Positions 60,435 to 64,000 of a stretch of DNA of 64,000 bases are shown piece by piece. The stretch comes from Monodelphis domestica (taxonomy: Eukaryota), in assembly GCF_027887165.1 (NCBI RefSeq), contig NC_077230.1, positions 289,142,949-289,206,948 on the forward strand, read 5' to 3'. The position numbers and the translations under genes were made by a program. The number at the start of each line of letters is the position of its first letter. The stretch's first letter is position 1. The notes below the pieces were generated by a model. It had not been told where the DNA came from, searched no databases, and worked only from the letters and a program-made list of their open reading frames with translations.

Positions 60435-61124
60435 TATTTGACACAGTGCTTTACACATAGTAGACATTCAGTAAATATTTGTTCAGTTGAATTAAATCGA
60501 ATTACATTATTAGTAACATGAGAAGTTTGGATTCACCTTTAGTTAATTTTTACTCAACTATAAAAGATCAGGTAATCAGTAAAATTCCTTCTATTCTAAA
60601 TCCTGTGATTCCTTTGACTGAATGATTTCTAATCTTTTCTATTTCTAAAATTCAGTAAGGTTGTGGGAGACTCTCTTGATATTAAAGGGGAAATTGCAAA
60701 GGTGTTTTTGGTTGTTTCTTTTTTTTTAACCAATTAACATTAGGCAGTTATCTCTTGTTCCAAGAAACTCCTTTCATAATACTTAAATAAATAACTAGAT
60801 TTTAGAACTGGAAAGAAACTAACAGACCCTATAGCCCAACTCCCTCATTTTATTTATTTTTCAAAATTTATTGGTAATTTTTGTTTTCAAATCATAGTCA
60901 TTTCTGGAGATACCAAGTCACTCAGTGAGCCTTTTCTTATAACAAAGGAAACAACCTGAGCAAAACCATTGGAGCCAGGAGCCACATGGCAAATGCTTAA
61001 TTCCCCATCTGTAGTCGCCTATTTCTCCAAGGAACATGAGGAGTCATGCTTCCATAACTTTTCTCCTAGGCCTAGACTATACATTGTAGTTACACAGCAC
61101 TTGGATTTGTTTTATTGTTCTTTT

Positions 61125-62585
61125 TCTTAAAAATTATTTATTTATTTACTTAGAATTTTTTTCCATGGTTACATGATTCATGATTTATCCCTTCTTTCTT
61201 CCCTCCCCCTCCTGGAGCTGGTGAGCAATTCCACTGGGTTATACATGTATCATTGCTTAAAACCTATTTCCATGTTATCCATATTTGCAATAGAGTGATT
61301 TTTTAAAATGCCAATCATATCCCCATTGAGCCATGTGATCAATCATATATTTTTCTTCTTTGTTTCTGCTCCCACAGTTCTTTCTCTGGATGTAGATAGC
61401 ATTCTTTCTCATAAGTTTCTCTGAATTGTCCTGGATCATTGCATTGCTGCTAGTAGAGAAGTCCATTATGTTTGATTGTGCCAAAGTATATATCAGTCTC
61501 TGTGTACAATGTTTTCCTGGTTCTACTCTTTCACTCTGCATCAATTCTTGTAGGTCTTTTCGGTTCACATGCTTTTCAGCACAATAGTATTCTATCACCA
61601 TCAGATACCACAATTTGTTCAGCCATTCCCCAATCAATGGACACCCCCTAATTTTCCATTTTTTTTGCCACCACAAAGAGCGTGGCTATAAATATTTTTG
61701 TACAAGTATTTTTCCTTATTATCTTTTTGGGATACAAACTCAATCATGGTATGACTGGATCAAGGGGCAAGAATTCTTTTTAAAGGCCTTTGGGCATAGT
61801 TCCAAATTGCCTTCCAGGATGGTTTGACCAATTCACAACTCCACCAGCAATGAATTAGTGTCCCAATTTTGCCACATCCCCTCCAACATTTATCACTTTC
61901 TTTTGTTGCCATATTGGCCAGTCTGCTAAATGTGAGGTAGTACCTCAAAGTTGTTTTAATTTGCAGTTCTCTAATCATGAGGGATTTAGAATACTTTTTC
62001 ATGTGATTATTGATAGTTTTTATTTCATCTTAGAACTGCCTATTCATATCCTTTGACCATTTGTCGATTGGGGAATGGCTTGACTTTTAGTAAATTTGAT
62101 TTCATTCCTTATATATTTGGGGAATTAAACCTTTATTAGAGAGTTTTGTTATAAAGATGTTCTCTAAGTTTGTTGCTTTTCTTCTAATTTTTGGTTTTGT
62201 TTTGTTTGTACAAAACTTTTTAATTTGATGTAATCAAAATCATTCATTTTACATTTTGTAATGTTCTTTACCTCTTGCTTAGTCTTAAATGCCTTCCTTT
62301 CCCACAGATCTGACAGATATACTATTCTATGTTCACCTAATTTATTTATGACTTCATTCCATATATTTAAGTCATTTACCCATTTTGAATTTATCTTGAT
62401 ATAGGATATTGTTCTTTTTAGTCATATAATTGTGATCATTGTATCTGTTGCTTACCTGGTTCTAGTTGCTTCCCTCAGAACCAGTTTGTATATCTTCCCA
62501 TGTTTTTTTTCTGAATTCTTCTACATCATTTCTTGCAGTACAATAATATTCCATTACATTAATCCATGAACATGCATTTGTTAAA
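61125..62585 (-). mobile_element. L1 fragment (antisense, ~1.45 kb) spanning the 3' UTR and the C-terminal part of ORF2
   Basis: Minus-strand ORFs 61760-62002 (MKKYSKSLMIRELQIKTTLRYYLTFSRLANMATKESDKCWRGCGKIGTLIHCWWSCELVKPSWKAIWNYAQ) and 61275-61676 reproduce the conserved L1 ORF2 C-terminal motifs (MIREMQIKTTLRYHLTP...KCWRGCGE.GTLLHCWW.C.LVQP.WK.VW); the L1 3' terminus is at 61125-61300. Confidence 0.85.
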
Positions 62586-62669
62586 CAGTTATCATGTGCC
62601 AAGTACTGTGGAAAGTTCTAGAGATACAAAGCAAAAAGCAAAAACAAAACCCAGGCTATGTAGGCCCTC

Positions 62670-62885
62670 TATTATTTTTTCTTTTCTTTTCTTTTCTTTT
62701 CTTTTCTTTTCTTTTCTTTTCTTTTCTTTTCTTTTCTTTTCTTTTCTTTTCTTCCTTCCTTCCTTCCTTCCTTCCTTCCTTTCTTCCTTCCTTCCTTCCT
62801 TCCTTCCTTCCTTCCTTCCTTCTTTCCTTCCTTCCTTCCTTCCTTCCTTCCTTCCTTCCTTCCTTCCTTCCTTCTTTCCTTCTTT

Positions 62886-62971
<86 letters not shown>

Positions 62972-62990
62972 CTTCTCAAAAAGATCTCTT
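62670..62990 (+). repeat. Compound polypyrimidine microsatellite (TTTTC)n-(CCTT)n-(CT)n, ~320 bp
   Basis: (cttttc)x~18, then (ccttcctt) runs ~130 bp, then (ct)~45; one strand is entirely pyrimidine. Confidence 0.95.
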
Positions 62991-63472
62991 TTATGCTTCT
63001 TCTCTCTCCCTCAGTGGGCAAAAACTCTACCAAATATGCATAGTTAAGGAAAACAAATTTCCAAATTGGCCACATCCAAAAATTGTAGTGTCATTCTGTA
63101 CCTTAAATTCACCTCTGTACTAAATCCATCACCTCTAATTCAGAAAGCAGCTTACATGCTTTTTCCTTAGGCCTCTGAATCATGGTTGGTCATTGTTGTA
63201 TTGGTTAGAACTCTTAATTTAATCAAAGTTCTTTTTCTTTACAATGTTGTTATTGCATAAATTGTTCTCCTGATCTTTGTTACTTCACACTTCTATATTT
63301 ATTGTGTTCTTTATGTCACCCAAGTTAATTTTGCCTTCATTTTAGAACTTAAAACTGGAATTGTCAGTCTTTTAAAATGAAATTTTATGGACCAATAACT
63401 TAAGTAGCTCAAATGAGGTCAGGAAGAGTCAGATGCAACTGAAAATCAAACAAATTACTAATATTATTTAAG

Positions 63473-63722
63473 GGCATTTAAGTAGCTCAGCGGATGGAAA
63501 ATTGGATTTTGAATCAGGAGAATGAATCTTCGTGAGTTCAAATCTAGCTTTAGACACTTACTTGACCTGGCCAAGACATTTCATTCTGCTTCAATTCCTC
63601 ATCTGTAAAACGAGCTAGAGAAAGGAATGGCAAACCACTTCAATATCTTTTCCAAGAAAATCCTACATGGGGTCATGGAGAGTCAGACACAACTCAAAAT
63701 GACTAAATGATGATGACAACTA
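63473..63722 (+). mobile_element. Family-B SINE (full length), ~140 bp upstream of the exon at 63860
   Basis: gggcatttaagtagctcagcggatggaaaattggattttgaatcaggagaatgaatcttcgtgagttcaaatctagctttagacacttacttgacc...gctagagaaaggaatggcaaaccacttcaatatcttttccaagaaaatcctacatggggtcatggagagtcagacacaactcaaaatgac. Confidence 0.85.
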
Positions 63723-63859
63723 CCTCAAGAAGCAAATTTAAAATTATTTTAATTTTTAAATGGAAGACCAACTGAAAGTCATAATAAAGACTTCATTTCC
63801 AGTTGAGGTTATAGGATACATTTACTACATTTCAGCTATTGTCTCCTTTTTCCTTCTAG

Positions 63860-64000
63860 GCCTGTATGCTTGTATTCCATCCAGATTTTAGTACCGAACT
63901 ACCTGAAAGGTCACAGACTAGTGAAGTTATTATTTGTCTGGATTGCTCCAATTCTATGGAGGGCTCAGAATTTCTACAAGCAAAGCAGATTGCCTTACAT
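63860..64000 (+). CDS. PARP4: PARP4 exon (truncated by window end), start of vWA domain: ACMLVFHPDFSTELPERSQTSEVIICLDCSNSMEGSEFLQAKQIALH
   Basis: Matches human ACMLVFQPDLDVDLPDLASESEVIICLDCSSSMEGVTFLQAKQIALH; MIDAS-type DxSxS (DCSNS) retained; acceptor ccttctag|gcc. Confidence 0.9.

Noticed and set aside
62566-63123. Three overlapping ORFs of 139-185 aa
   Set aside because: They span the (TTTTC)n(CCTT)n(CT)n tract and are repeat artefacts.
95-64000. tRNA-like cloverleaf heads (GGGGCAGCTGGGTAGCTCAGTGGATTGAGAGCCAGGCCTAGAGACGGGAGGTCCTGGGTTCAAATCTGGCCTCAG) that might be called as tRNA genes
   Set aside because: They are the 5' heads of tRNA-derived SINEs (there are more than 30 copies, all followed by a SINE body or tail), not bona fide tRNA genes. 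No stand-alone tRNA is present.
1-64000. A search for prokaryotic-type systems (CRISPR arrays, operons, toxin-antitoxin or defence islands, rRNA)
   Set aside because: The sequence is mammalian (marsupial-like) nuclear DNA. The regularly spaced repeats are microsatellites and SINEs, there are no direct-repeat/spacer arrays, and the coding density is ~5% (spliced exons).

Overview
This window is eukaryotic nuclear DNA, not prokaryotic. It is AT-rich and intron-dominated, and is saturated with tRNA-derived SINEs, MIR elements and antisense/sense L1 3' fragments. The SINE families seen are two types typical of marsupial (metatherian) genomes: one whose tail reads ...CAATACACAGTATTGATTCTAAGACAGAAGGTAAGGGTTTAAA(n), and one carrying ...GGAAATGGCAAACCACTCCAGTATCTTTGCCAAGAAAACC...GTCACAAAGAGTCAGACA. 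The species call (opossum-like marsupial) is inference.

The + strand carries a CpG-island promoter region (~600-1320) and the first 21 coding exons of the vault poly(ADP-ribose) polymerase gene PARP4. The exons run from the ATG exon at 13703 to a partial exon at 63860-64000, and the gene continues beyond the window end. They were found by reading the six-frame translations against the human PARP4 protein remembered from memory, covering the BRCT, PARP catalytic, VIT and start of vWA domains. All mapped exons have canonical AG/GT boundaries and mutually consistent codon phases. Exon 1 (non-coding) probably lies in the CpG island but its donor could not be resolved.

The rest of the window is made up of the following:
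- more than 30 SINE copies, several with target-site duplications;
- at least 8 L1 fragments;
- an unclassified ~0.9 kb repeat family present three times;
- several nested insertions (SINE-in-L1, SINE-in-SINE, L1-in-SINE);
- many microsatellites, including two long polypyrimidine tracts that produce the spurious overlapping ORFs seen in the six-frame track.

I see no CRISPR array, operon, rRNA or bona fide tRNA gene. I see no hidden defence or biosynthetic system. The most interesting observations are structural: an L1 fragment abutting the splice acceptor of the start-codon exon, a 61-nt micro-exon, a secondary CpG-rich block in intron 1 that holds the longest ORF in the window, and a possible TIR-flanked element. 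All repeat coordinates are approximate (about +/-15 bp).
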